From assembly GCA_052426225.1 (NCBI GenBank), contig JBNJNM010000021.1, positions 2,914,001 to 2,978,000 of the forward strand: 64,000 nt of DNA. Direction: 5' to 3'. Both the position numbers and the translations under genes were made by a program. This document shows, piece after piece, positions 21,332-33,200 of this stretch. How positions within the stretch are numbered: the first letter of the stretch is position 1; the number at the start of each line of letters is the position of its first letter. Source of the stretch: Zancudomyces culisetae HAW-14-8 (lineage: Eukaryota; Fungi; Kickxellomycota). The notes under the pieces are model-generated. The model searched no databases, had not been told where the DNA came from, and saw only the letters and a list, made by a program, of their open reading frames with translations.

Positions 21332-24300
21332 TGTCGTATGAATTATTGGATATTACAATCCGACTATTTCATTTTTTCCCCTTGTGGTTTTTTGGGAATA
21401 TGATAGGTTGTAGTTCTAATCGTTATCAATTTTATTTCTTAATCTATTTTAGTTTTATTTAAAGAAGTTTAATGTAGTAATAGAAAATCTTTTTTTTTTA
21501 CAATTAATAAATCAAAACATAATAGATACTAGTATAACATATTGAAAGTACCTTTATACAATAACAAGTATAAGAATAGAAAAAGTTACAATAAGCAAAA
21601 ACGTTGGAGTAATTATTCCTACCACATTTGGCGCTCCCAACTAGGCTGAAACAAATCTTAATTAAATTAAAGCTATTCTAACCAAACCAGTTTTATTATA
21701 TATTACAACTACATATATATAATATCAACCATAACCTATAATTTTATAATATCAAAAAGTAATAATAATATAAAAATGAACAGTATACAAAACTAAAAAA
21801 TTCAAGGTAAGTTTAAATTAAACAAAAAAATATATATATTTATCTATCATAACAAAACATAACAAAATGAAAAAATCAAGTTATAAAATACTGGAACCTT
21901 CAGAGTTCAACGGATCACTATGGCAGGATCCCGAATATTGGGTAAAAAAGTTTGAGATTTACATGAAAAAGAACGATTTTGAAGAAGCAGAGTACGTGGA
22001 TTGTGTGGAGTCATATTTAGGCGGTAAAGCAAATCAGTGGTACATTATCTATCAAGATAAATTCAAGGATTGGACAAAGTGCAAGGAGTTATTCTTGAAA
22101 CAGTTTAAAAGCAAAGAAAGGGAGTTAGCTTCATGGGAAGAGCTCCAGGGATTCAAACAGGATAGCATGGATATTCTAGAGACTGCATCTAAACTGCAAG
22201 TACTGTTCAAAGCCGCAAGTATAACAGAAGAAAAAGATAAATTACGTTACCTAACCGCTTGCTTAAGACCAACATTTAAAAAGCTTATTTTTGAAAAAGG
22301 TACTGAATCATGGGAAGAAGCAATAAATCATTTAGTTAGACATGAACAACTAGAAAGTATGTGCAACGATACTTCAACGGGTAGCGGAGGAAATCTTTTT
22401 GAAAATGTTACTAAGGAAAGGCTAATACAAGAAGCTAGGTCTATAAAAGATGATCCAGAAGTTATGTATGAAAAGATAGTCAAAAAGTTTGACGAACTCA
22501 GTATCAACATTATCAATAGTATTAAGGCAGGCAACAGCAGACCACCACCAAAAAGTCCTTTCTGTTTCGAGTGTAGGGAGCCGGGACACTGGCCATACCA
22601 ATGTCCTAGGAGGGAAGCTAATCCAAGAACCGGACCAAGTGTAGCATCGGGAAGTAATGCAATGCCTGTGAATACTAACAAGAGGGAAGTAAATTTTTTG
22701 GAAGTTGAAAATGATATCGTAGTCAGTCAAGTTTTTGAGTGTGAAGCAAATGAAGCTGAAATCTATGCAGCAGAAAAGAGGAAGAATGAATTACAATCAG
22801 AAAAAGAAGCTAAAAAAAGAAGAGAAGGCGAGTCAACAATAGAAGTTAAGCCTAATAGGGACATCCTGAAACCTAGAATTCAGCGGAAGAAAGCAGTACC
22901 TATTAAATTTACAACTGACAAAGATGAATATTCAATCAAGAAAAAGCTACAAGGCATACAAGCTAATATAAATTTGGCCCAGCTTCTAGAAGCTTCACCA
23001 CAGGTGCGAAAGGAGCTAATTAGTTACGTTAGAAGGGGTGAGGAGTATGAAATTAAAGAGGTGAACAGCATTGAAAATGTAAGTTCAAACTGCAAGGCTA
23101 TAATAAGTATATTTGGAAGAAACTACTGGGCTATATTGGACACAGGCGCTGCCTGCTCGGTAATGTCAAATGCATTTGCTGAAGTGTTGGGATTAGATAT
23201 TGACAAAGAATCTAACCAAATTATTGTGACAGCAGACGGGAGGAAACACGGGACTAAGGGAATAATTTCAGAGGTACCACTTACAATTGCAGGGCAAAGG
23301 TTTCCAGTGGACATGACAGTTATGGATCAGAAAACTCATGTGTTAATCCTTGGAACAAACTGGTTTAAAAGACACGGAGCAGTTATCAACTTAAACAGCA
23401 ATGAGTTAGTGTTGAACAACGAAGAATATGAAATATCCCTGTCAATTTCAACGCGCAAAGACATAACAATTGAGTCAAAAGACAATGAGTATGAGTTATA
23501 TGGTGTGGGAATAGAGAAGATAGAGAAACCGGAGCTACAGGAAGAGGAGATAGATGAGGAAATACAAAGGATTATAGATGCACACAGCGATCTTATGGCA
23601 ACAGAATTGTCAGAGCTAACACAGACGGATAGGATACTTCATGAAATAGACACTGGAGAAGCAAAACCTGTTAAATCTAAGCCATATCGAGTACCTCACT
23701 ACATGAGAGAAAAACTAACAGAGGAGATAAACAAAATGGAAGAACAAGGTATTATAACTCCTTGTGTTTCTGATTGGTGCGCGCCAGTAGTGGCGGTCTG
23801 GAAAAAGAATGGGAAGATTCGACTATGCTCAGACTACCGTAAGTTGAATGCGGTCACTAAGAAGGATCAGTATGCACTACCAGTAATCGAAGAGATATTT
23901 ACTGCGGTTGCTGGAGCAAAGATATTTAGTACGCTGGACGCATTAAGCGGTTTCTGGCAGGTGAGGATGAAGGACTCAGATAAGCCAAAAACAGCTTTTG
24001 CGATCCCAGGAGGGGGCATGTTTTGTTATAATGTCATGCCCTTCGGTCTTTGTAATAGTCCTGCGACTTTTCAAAGACTGATGGAAAGGGTATTATCATC
24101 AGTACTATGAAAATCAGCTTTAGTATTTATTGATGATATTATAATATACTCAAAGTCCAAATTACAACATACAAAAGATTTAGAGGAGGTGTTCAGATTA
24201 CTTAGAGACAATAATATAAAGCTTCATAGAATTAAGTGTTCATTTGAAAAAACCAGATTAGAATATTTAGGACACATTATCAGTGCAATAAAATTAAGAA

Positions 24301-26587
24301 CTCGCGAGTCAAAGGTAAAAGCAGTTAGGAATTTGGAACATCCAAAGTCTATCAAGGAGCTTCAATCATTTTTAGGCCTAACCGGGTATTATAGGAAGTT
24401 TGTTCAGAACTATGCGCAACAAGCTAAGCCATTACATCAACTGTTAAAAAAAGATACCAGATATAACTGGACGCCTGAGTGTAGCGAAGCAGCCGAATAC
24501 TTATAAAATTCAATAATAAAAGCTCATGTATTGATTTTTCCAAACTCGGAGGAGCGATTCGTGTTGACAACGGACGCTTCAAAAAACGGAATAGGTGCAA
24601 TCCTTTCCCAAAAAATAAATAATCAAGACCATCCCATTGAATTTGCTAGCAGGTCCTTAAGTCCAGCGGAGAAAAATTATTCGTCAACCCACTTGGAAGG
24701 ACTAGGAGTGGTTTGGGGAGTAACTAAATTTAGAAACTATTTATGGGGTAGACAATTCGACATAGTAACCGACCATTCTGCGTTGGTAAGAATTTTTGAC
24801 TCGAAAGACTTAAATGGAAGGTTGGCCAGATGGAGTATTATTTTGTCCGAGTATGACTACATTATCAGACATAGACCAGGGAGAATTAATCCTTCAGACT
24901 ATCTTTCTAGAGATGAAAATGTTGAAAAAACAAATATAGGCATTAGAGAAGGTGAAGTTGAAGTTGAATATTCACAATGGATAACCTATAATATCAAGCT
25001 ATAAAACACTATTTGGAAACAGGTAATTATCCACCAGGAGCGGACGATGACTTTAGGAAAAAGCTCAGAAACAAGGCATTAAAGTACAGACTGCATGAAG
25101 ATAGACTACATAGAAACTCAGCTAAGTTCGGTATGCGGGAAGTATTAACCGAGGTAAATGCTGAAGAAAAAGTAAAAGCGATACACTTGGAGAGACATGA
25201 AGGAATAAATAATACATTTGAGAGAAAAAAAAGATTGTATACAGGACCAAATTTATTGCAAGTTGTAAAAAGGATTGTGGAGAGCTGTGACCTTTGCAAA
25301 CAATACAAAGGAAGTGTTACAAGGAAAACAAATCTTATTCCAATACTGGCAAGAAAACCGTTTGAAATACTGGGACTAGACGCGGTTGGTCCAATAAGCC
25401 CTATTTCTAATAATGGAAACCGATACATATTGTCAGCCGTAGATTACCTAACTAAATGGCCCATCTGTAGAGCAGTAAGTAATATAAACACTGAAACGGT
25501 TATTAACTTTTTGATATATGATGTAGTTCAGTATTAATGTGTACCAACACAACTGATAACAGACCGTGGATTTAATTTTCTGAGCGACATCTCAACCGAC
25601 TTCTATTAATTATTAAATATTCACCACACACCCACTACCGATAACGACTGCAAACTAACGGTCAGGTAGAACGGTTAACCAAAATATAAAAAATCTACTA
25701 TCAAAACTTTGTCAACATGACAAAGCGAACTGGGATAACTATTTTTGGAAGTTGCTGTTAACTTTAAGAACAATGAAAAATCGTAATACAGTCTTTAGTC
25801 CATCAGAATTACTTTATGGTGTCGAGTTGAACACTCCAACATCATGGAAACCAGCTACATAAGTCGAAGACTTTGAGGAGGCCGTAAAAGAAAGAATCGA
25901 ACATATCAGCGTGGATCTTCCGGATATTCGCCTTACAGGATTTGAATCAATGGTAAAAAACAAGAATTACGAAAAAGGAGTCTATGATAAAACCGTGCGA
26001 CTGGCGAGTTTCGGAAATGGGGACAAAGTTTTAAAGCATGTGGAACAAACGAGTTCAAAGTTCGATCCCAAGTGGGAGGGTCCGTACACCATCATACGAG
26101 TACACGGAAATGGTACTTTACAATAGCAGACGCCCAAAGAAATAGAGACGTTGTAAACGGGGACAGACTTAAGAAGTACCATGAGCATAAAAATATGATA
26201 CCAGAAATACAAACAGCGAGACTAAGACCAACACTAAGACAATTTCGACAGCCGTCAGTTGCTTCATGGGGCACTCAGAACTAAGGGGGAGACCTGTCGT
26301 ATGAATTATTGGATATTACAATCTGACTATTCCATTTTTTCCCCTTGTGGTTTTTTGGGAATATGATAGGTTGTAGTTCTAATCGTTATCAATTTGTTTC
26401 TTAATCTATTTTAGTTTTATTTAAATAAGTTTAATTCAGTATTATAAAATTCTTGGTCCTTTACAATAAATAAATCTAAACATAATAATACTAGTGTATT
26501 ATTTTGAAAGTACCCTTATACAATAACAAAATAAGATAGAAAAAGTTACAATTAAGCAAAAAGGTTGGTAGAATAATTCCTACCACA
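21332..26587 (+). mobile_element. Degenerate Ty3/gypsy element K (E/R lineage); LTRs 21332-21626 and 26295-26587
   Basis: Direct-repeat LTRs; PBS TGGCGCTCCCAACTAGGC (21629-21646); PPT AAGGGGGAGACC; AGAC on the left, AGA on the right. Confidence 0.93.
21867..26284 (+). pseudogene. Element K gag-pol with multiple stops and frameshifts
   Basis: CFECREPGHWPYQC, ILDTGAA, FIDD, TDAS and integrase fragments in ORFs 21867, 24189, 24531, 25013, 25911 and 26072. Confidence 0.9.
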
Positions 26588-26590
26588 AGA

Positions 26591-26963
26591 TGTCGTATAA
26601 TAATACATTGAGAACTAAAATTGTTTGAGATTTATCATCTCAATTTTTATCAATCTAGTTATTGATTTTTATAGGTTATCTTTATTTTTAGATAGGACAT
26701 TTTTCGCCTTGTGGTTTTTGTCCAACGATTATTAGTTAGTTAGTTTAAGTTATAGTTTCATAGTTTTATATCAGAAATCGGGGGTAAAAGGAATCCCCCA
26801 CTATATTCTAAATAAAAATAATCTTTCTACAAAATAATATTGTGATAGCTACAATATATACTATTAGTACAACAATATAAATAAATATACAATATAGTAG
26901 TAGTTTTAAATACATTAATAATCACAATAAGAATAAACAATAGGGAAAGCTGTTTATTCGACA
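26591..26963 (+). mobile_element. Solo LTR L (373 bp)
   Basis: TGTCG...CGACA; TSD AAGA (26587-26590, 26964-26967); U-rich stem-loop at 26695-26723 nearly the same as in LTR D. Confidence 0.85.
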
Positions 26964-26968
26964 AAGAC

Positions 26969-27425
26969 TGTTATATAGTGGCTAGAGCTACCTCTAGACA
27001 TTATATAATAATAACTTACCAATTACATATTTATTTCTATATATTAATATTTAGGTTTATCAATTAATATAAGTTAATATTTATTATAGGTTATTTAGTA
27101 TATTATGTGTTGCCTAGTTTTTTTTATCCTTCTGGATTTTTTCTACAGCAACATTCTAGATTATTATTAATAATTAGTATAGTTTTAAGTTTAAAATATA
27201 TTTAGGTTTTAAGTTAAAAAGTTGTTTTAAATTAGTATAAATATGATAGTTATTCAGATAGTTTAAACATCATCAAATAAACACGTAAAATACAAGTTTG
27301 GTCTATTTATTAAAGTCATAGTTACTATAGTGAAAACTTAACAACATTAGTACATAGTATAGTTTTTCTATCAAATAAATATATTTTTTACATAATAGCG
27401 AACTGGAACCTGGAATTCGCTAACA
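26969..27425 (+). mobile_element. Solo LTR M (457 bp), B family
   Basis: Reverse-complement homologue of 2365-2824; AGAC on the left, AAAAA on the right. Confidence 0.88.
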
Positions 27426-27430
27426 AAAAA

Positions 27431-28118
27431 TGTTGTATGCTTAGTTCTATCCAAGCTAAACTATTGGATGAACAGCATACAGCTTCTCAAACACCGAATA
27501 ACCACCGTTATCTCGGGTGTTCGAGCTAGTAATCTGGGATTACTAGGGTGAAATTATCACCCAAAAAGTGAGTCAATATTAAGTTTTGATTATTTTATTT
27601 TAAGTTTCTATTATATAAAGTTCTAATAAAATAGCTAGTCAGGTACTAGTATATTACTAGTAACCCCACCACAAGTTTGGTGGTTTTATCTTTTTATTTT
27701 TAAAAGTTATTCATTAAATAAAATACAAATTAGCTCTAAAATACTTGATTTTACTCTATAAAATTGAAATTTGTGATTTGAGCAAAAACCTACCTAAAAC
27801 CAAAAAAAAACACAGGTAGTGAAGATAACACAATTTTCAAAGGGTATCAGAAAGGTATCAGAGTCTAATTTTTGGACCAAAATTAATTGTTTTGCACACC
27901 AAATTTTAGGAGTTGGGCGTAATTTTACCCAGTTTTATCGCATTTATTGAAGTAATAAATACATAAAACTAAATTAAATAAAAGCTATAAGGTAGGGTTG
28001 ACTGGTTAAAATAAAGTATAACTTTCTCCAGTAACGTTTCCCCTCTATTAGCAGAACTTTTTGTAGGTTTAGTTGCGGAAATTTCCTGAGAAATTTTCTG
28101 CAAACTAAAATTACAACA
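27431..28118. mobile_element. Solo LTR N1 (688 bp)
   Basis: TGTTGTA...TACAACA; near-identical direct copy at 28618-29307; no PBS or PPT adjacent. Confidence 0.82.
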
Positions 28119-28122
28119 CACA

Positions 28123-28614
28123 TGTCGTATTAATATCTTTTATTTATAGACTAAAAATTTATTATTGATAATATTAATATTTTATATTTTATATTTTTAT
28201 TGTTATTGTTATTGTTATATATGTTATTAAGTAAAAATATAATAAAATTGTTGTTTTCCTTCTCTGACGAGAATTTGAACGTCTTTTATACTTTTAGAAA
28301 CGCTAAATAAACTTATAAATACTAAATTAATATTACTATAAATTAATAAAGATAGCCTAATTCATATGAAAACATAAAACATTGTTATAATTGATGTGAG
28401 TTGTAATGACTCACGAAAGTTGAACTAGATCGATTTACATTCACAGTGATGTCATTAGATTTACATTCACAGTGACGTCAACTGATTTACGTTCACTGTG
28501 ATGTAATAAGATGACATCATTGTGAATTTGATTGTCGTAAAATTACTATCGGAATTTACAATCAAAAAAACCCAGTGGGAAAAAGGATTATAAATCTTCA
28601 GTAATTTCATGACA
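28123..28614 (-). mobile_element. Solo LTR O (492 bp), related to A
   Basis: TGTCGT...ATGACA; CACA left, CAC right; on - strand the order is U-rich stem-loop, tandem repeats, TATAAAA. Confidence 0.82.
28432..28506. repeat. Three tandem 26-bp units GATTTACATTCACAGTGATGTCATTA inside LTR O
   Basis: Units start at 28432, 28458 and 28484; unit 2 contains the palindrome TGACGTCA. Confidence 0.85.
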
Positions 28615-28617
28615 CAC

Positions 28618-29307
28618 TGTTGTATGCTTAGTTCTATCCAAGCTAAACTATTGGATAAACAGCATACAGCTTCTCAAACACCGAATAACCACCGTTATCT
28701 CGGGTGTTCGAGCTAGTAATCTGGGATTACTAGGGTGAAATTATCACCCAAAAAGTGAGTCAATATTAAGTTTTGATTATTTTATTTTAAGTTTCTATTA
28801 TATAAAGTTCTAATAAAATAGCTAGTCAGGTACTAGTATATTACTAGTAACCCCACCACAAGTTTGGTGGTTTTATCTTTTTATTTTTAAAAGTTATTCA
28901 TTAAATAAAATACAAATTAGCTCTAAAATACTTGATTTTACTCTATAAAATTGAAATTTGTGATTTGAGCAAAAACCTACCTAAAACCAAAAAAAAAACA
29001 TAGGTAGTGAAGCGTAACACAATTTTCAAAGGGTATCAGAAAGGTATCAGAGTCTAATTTTTGGACCAAAATTAATTGTTTTGCACACCAAATTTTAGGA
29101 GTTGGGCGTAATTTTACTCAGTTTTATCGCATTTATTGAAGTAATAAATACATAAAACTAAATTAAATAAAAGCTATAAGGTAGGGTTGACTGGTTAAAA
29201 TAAAGTATAACTTTCTCCAGTAACGTTTCACCTCTATTAGCAGAACTTTTTGTAGGTTTAGTTGCGGAAATTTCCTGAGAAATTTTGTGCAATCTAAAAT
29301 TAAAACA
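28618..29307. mobile_element. Solo LTR N2 (690 bp)
   Basis: About ten differences from N1 by eye. Confidence 0.82.
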
Positions 29308-29309
29308 GA

Positions 29310-29726
29310 TGTCATATCGAAATTGATGGATTACCCCTTGTCAGGAATTGGATAGGTAATTGGTTATTAATTAGTCATAATGTTATTATTTTATTATTAT
29401 TATTATTAGTATTAAATTATTGGGAAGATTGGACTTTTCTCCCTGAGGAGGGTTTTTTCCTACTTCCTTGATAACAAGTCCACGTTATCATTTTGTTTTT
29501 AAAAAAGAGAATTTTTTTGGTTAATAAGTTATATAGATACAAGTTCCATATATAGTGTTTATAGTATCGAAAAGGAATAAACAAGAATTAAATTTGAACA
29601 AGTGTCTACATTAATCAAGTTATTTTCAGTAACGGTGGACCTAAACACCCTCCGTAAAGAAAATAACTAGTGTATTGACACTGTGCACCCATAACGGGTA
29701 CAATAATATTCCTAATTAATATTACA
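29310..29726 (+). mobile_element. Solo LTR P (417 bp)
   Basis: TGTCAT...ATTACA; TSD CAGA (29306-29309, 29727-29730). Confidence 0.83.
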
Positions 29727-29730
29727 CAGA

Positions 29731-30238
29731 TGTTGTAAATATTTTTATGTTTATATTTATTTTATATTTTTATTTATAAGTTATTTATATTAAAGATAGA
29801 TTTAAAGATTAATAAAGTTGTTAATAAAATTAATGTTGTTGTTAATAAAATTAATGTTGTTGTTATCATGATGTCTTTCACTTTTGTCAAAAATCTAGGG
29901 TTTATATAGTTTTATTTCTCCTTGATTCACATTCTCGTTTGTATCAGGTTTTGGAGTTTTTCTGACAAGTTTCACTAAATATTGTGTTTCTTATCTTCTT
30001 CCCCTTGTTTTATCTTGTTTTAACTACTCCTGATTAACATCTCATATTTTTTCCCCGTTTTCACTAACGAGGTACATTGTAATTTATCATTAAGATAAAT
30101 TACATTGATTTATTTTGAAACATAAAAGTGCGATGATAATAATAGACGGTAATAATACTAATAAAAATAATCAAATGTATGGGGAAAAACCCAGTGGGAA
30201 AAAATGTCCATACCTATACTATAAAAACTAATACGACA
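29731..30238 (-). mobile_element. Solo LTR Q (508 bp)
   Basis: TGTTGTA...TACGACA; TSD CAGA (29727-29730, 30239-30242); TTTTTCCCACTGGGTTTTT motif on - strand as in A and O; internal 21-bp tandem duplication near 29820-29862. Confidence 0.85.
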
Positions 30239-30243
30239 CAGAC

Positions 30244-33200
30244 TGTCATATAGTGGGCAGGAGAGCATGATGACTAATTAATTAGTCATCATGCAAACGA
30301 ACAAATTATTAGTTTGCGATAACTAATGAGGATCAGTTTTTTTCACTATCGATGAAAATAACGTCATCTAGTTTTTTCTGATGACTCATAGAGTCGCAAT
30401 ACAAACGTTTGTTTAGTCATATAATTTTTAATAGTAATTTATTGTTTTAGTATTAAAGAAGTTTAGTTTCAGTATCTTAGTTTAAATTAATTTTTACTTA
30501 GAAAGAAAAAAAGTATAAAAAAGGGAAATATTTGACAAAATAAAGAAAGATATACAGAAAATAATCAGTTAAAAATATAATTACCTTGTTATAGTTAATA
30601 ACAATAACTTAAAGAAATATTATAGAACAATTATAGTAAATACATATATTTTAGAAATAAAATATAACAGTGGCGCTCCCAGCTAGGCCTAAAAACCTAG
30701 TATTGATAACAAGATGATAACTCCAACAGTGTTTGAGGCAGATCAAGGTCATGATCCGGAAGAATGGACAGATAACTTTAGACTCGTAGCTAAACAGAAT
30801 GGCTGGAGCGAGGATGATTGGGTTGACTTGGCAAGGTTATACTTGGGAAAGAAAGAAGTCTTGTGGTACAAGAAGAGTAAAGGTACCTTTACTGACTGGA
30901 AAGCGTTTAGCAAGGCAATGAAGAACAAGTTTACTATCAAGGAATCCAAGACAAGGATCTGGGACAGGCTTAAAGATATCAGACAAGCAGACTTTAGCAG
31001 CATTGAGGAACTAGAGTATGAGGTAGAACAGCTATGCACCAAGGCAGGGATCATAGACAATGACATGAGGATAAACCTACTCATAAGTACACTGAATCCG
31101 GATTGCAAAGAAAGTGTTGAAAGTATTGAGTATACCAGTTGGGATGCAGTGGTTGCACACGTACAGAAGTTTCAACGAACCAGAAAAGATGCAAAAATGA
31201 AAATGGAAGGCGTAGGTGTAAAGATCAAGGAAGCAACTCGTAACGCAGCTAGTAAGCAAGGAAAAACTATAAAGGAAATGGCTAAGGATCAGGCACCATA
31301 CGCAGCGATGATTAAAAAATTTGAAGAGATGAGCGTCAACCTGTTATCCAGGGTCGACGAAGCTATTGACAAGAAGCTGAAAAGCTATAACACCGCAAAT
31401 ACAAGAAGCTATACCTGTTACTTTTGCCAGGAAGAAGGTCACAGAAGATTTGAGTGCCAAAAGTGGAAAGCACAACAAAACAAGGGATCAAAGGAAGAGG
31501 CAGGTACCAACGTGAACTATATAGATTTAGTCAAGATGGATGACGTCAAAGATCAAGAGATATTTGCAGTAGAAAAGAGGGGTTATGCTCAAAATGACAA
31601 AAGCTCAGATCAAAGACCTAGTAAGCGAGCTAATAGAACCGTAACCCAAGAGAGAAATATGACAAGTGCAGAAGCAACTGAGGTAGAGAAAGAGATTGAG
31701 GAAGTTAGAGAGGACATACCGCTTAGAGCACAGTTAACTAAAAGATACTACAATAAGGTAGTAGATGGAAACAAGAAGTTTTCACTCAAGGAAGAACTCG
31801 AAAAGGTGTATCCGAAAATCAACTTAATTCAACTCTTGAATACCTCACCATCATTGTCAAAGGAACTAGTTAAGATTTGCGATAGGGCCGAAGCAGCTGA
31901 AATAAATGAAATCCAACTACAAGAAAAGAAGACTACAAACTGCAGAGCCTTGGTGGAAGTGTTCGGGCAAGAGATCATGGCCGTAATAGACACAGGAGCA
32001 GCATGTTCCGTGGTTTCTATTAATATGATTGATGAATGGGGAGTTGGTGTGGAAAGTTCCTCGAAGCAAATAATAGTAACTGCTGATGGGAAACGACACC
32101 CTACGCTAGGAAAAGTAAATAGAGTTCCAGTTAAGATAGCCTCATTTGTCTTTCCAGCAAACCTAGTAGTTATGTCAAAAAACGAAGGGACGTTGATCCT
32201 AGGTACTGATTGGTTGGTACAACACCGGGCTTCCATAAACCTGCGCGTACCGGAAATAAGGTTCCCCATTGAGAATGCGGAAGTAATTTCAAGACTGGTA
32301 ACATCCAACGAAGTTCAGGAAATAGAATCAGAAATCTATTTAATTTTGAAAGAAGGACCCGAGTGCAAGGAAGATTTCATAGACGAGAATACTAGGAAGG
32401 TACTAGCTGAATATGATGACATTTTTGTCGAGGATATTTCAGATTTGAAGCAGACCGACGTAGCCGAACATAGGATTGAGCTAGAAGTAGACAAACCCAT
32501 TCGTCAGCGGCCATATCGGATTCCCTTTAGGTTACAAGAGAAAGTAGAAGAGCAGTTAAAGGAAATGTTAGAGAAAGGAATCATTGAACCAAGCAACGCC
32601 GAATGGTGCTCGCCTGTCGTAATCGTTCACAAGAAGGATGGTAAGTTGCGAGTTTGCGCAGATTACCGACAGCTCAACAAAGTTACAAAAAAGGATTCGT
32701 ATCCTTTACCCGTTATCCAGGATCTATTTATGGCGTTGTCAGGGGCAGTGATTTTTAGCTCCCTAGACGCGCTAAGTGGATTCTGGCAAATCAAAATGCG
32801 GGAAACAGATAAGGACAAGACGAGTTTTGCCCTTCCAGGGAGTGGTAGCTTTAGATACAACGTTATGCCCTTTGGGCTAACGAATAGTCCAGCAACGTTC
32901 CAAAGGACTATGGAGCAGATATTAAAACCGGTGTTGTGGAAAAAGGCCGTCGTCTTTATAGACGACATCATAGTGTTTTCAAAAGAAGTGGACGAACACG
33001 CAAAGGATCTGGAACTGGTATTTAACTTGTTGAGGAAGAACAAGATCCAGCTACACCGTAACAAATGTGCCATAGGTCAAAAAGAAATAGATTACTTGGG
33101 GCACGTGGTCTCAGATAAAGGTATTGGCACGAGTCCGAAGAAAATATCAGCGATACAGACAGTCAAAGAACCAACAAATATAAAGGAAGTACAATCTCTC

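Noticed and set aside
27431-29307. N1-O-N2 as a single LTR element with O as its interior
   Set aside because: No PBS or PPT; O has its own TG...CA ends and is related to LTR A.
30378-30400. CTGATGACTCATAGAGTCGCAA as a hammerhead ribozyme core
   Set aside because: GCAA instead of GAAA and an unpaired 10.1-11.1 position; CTGAT is better explained as the ENE-like lower stem.
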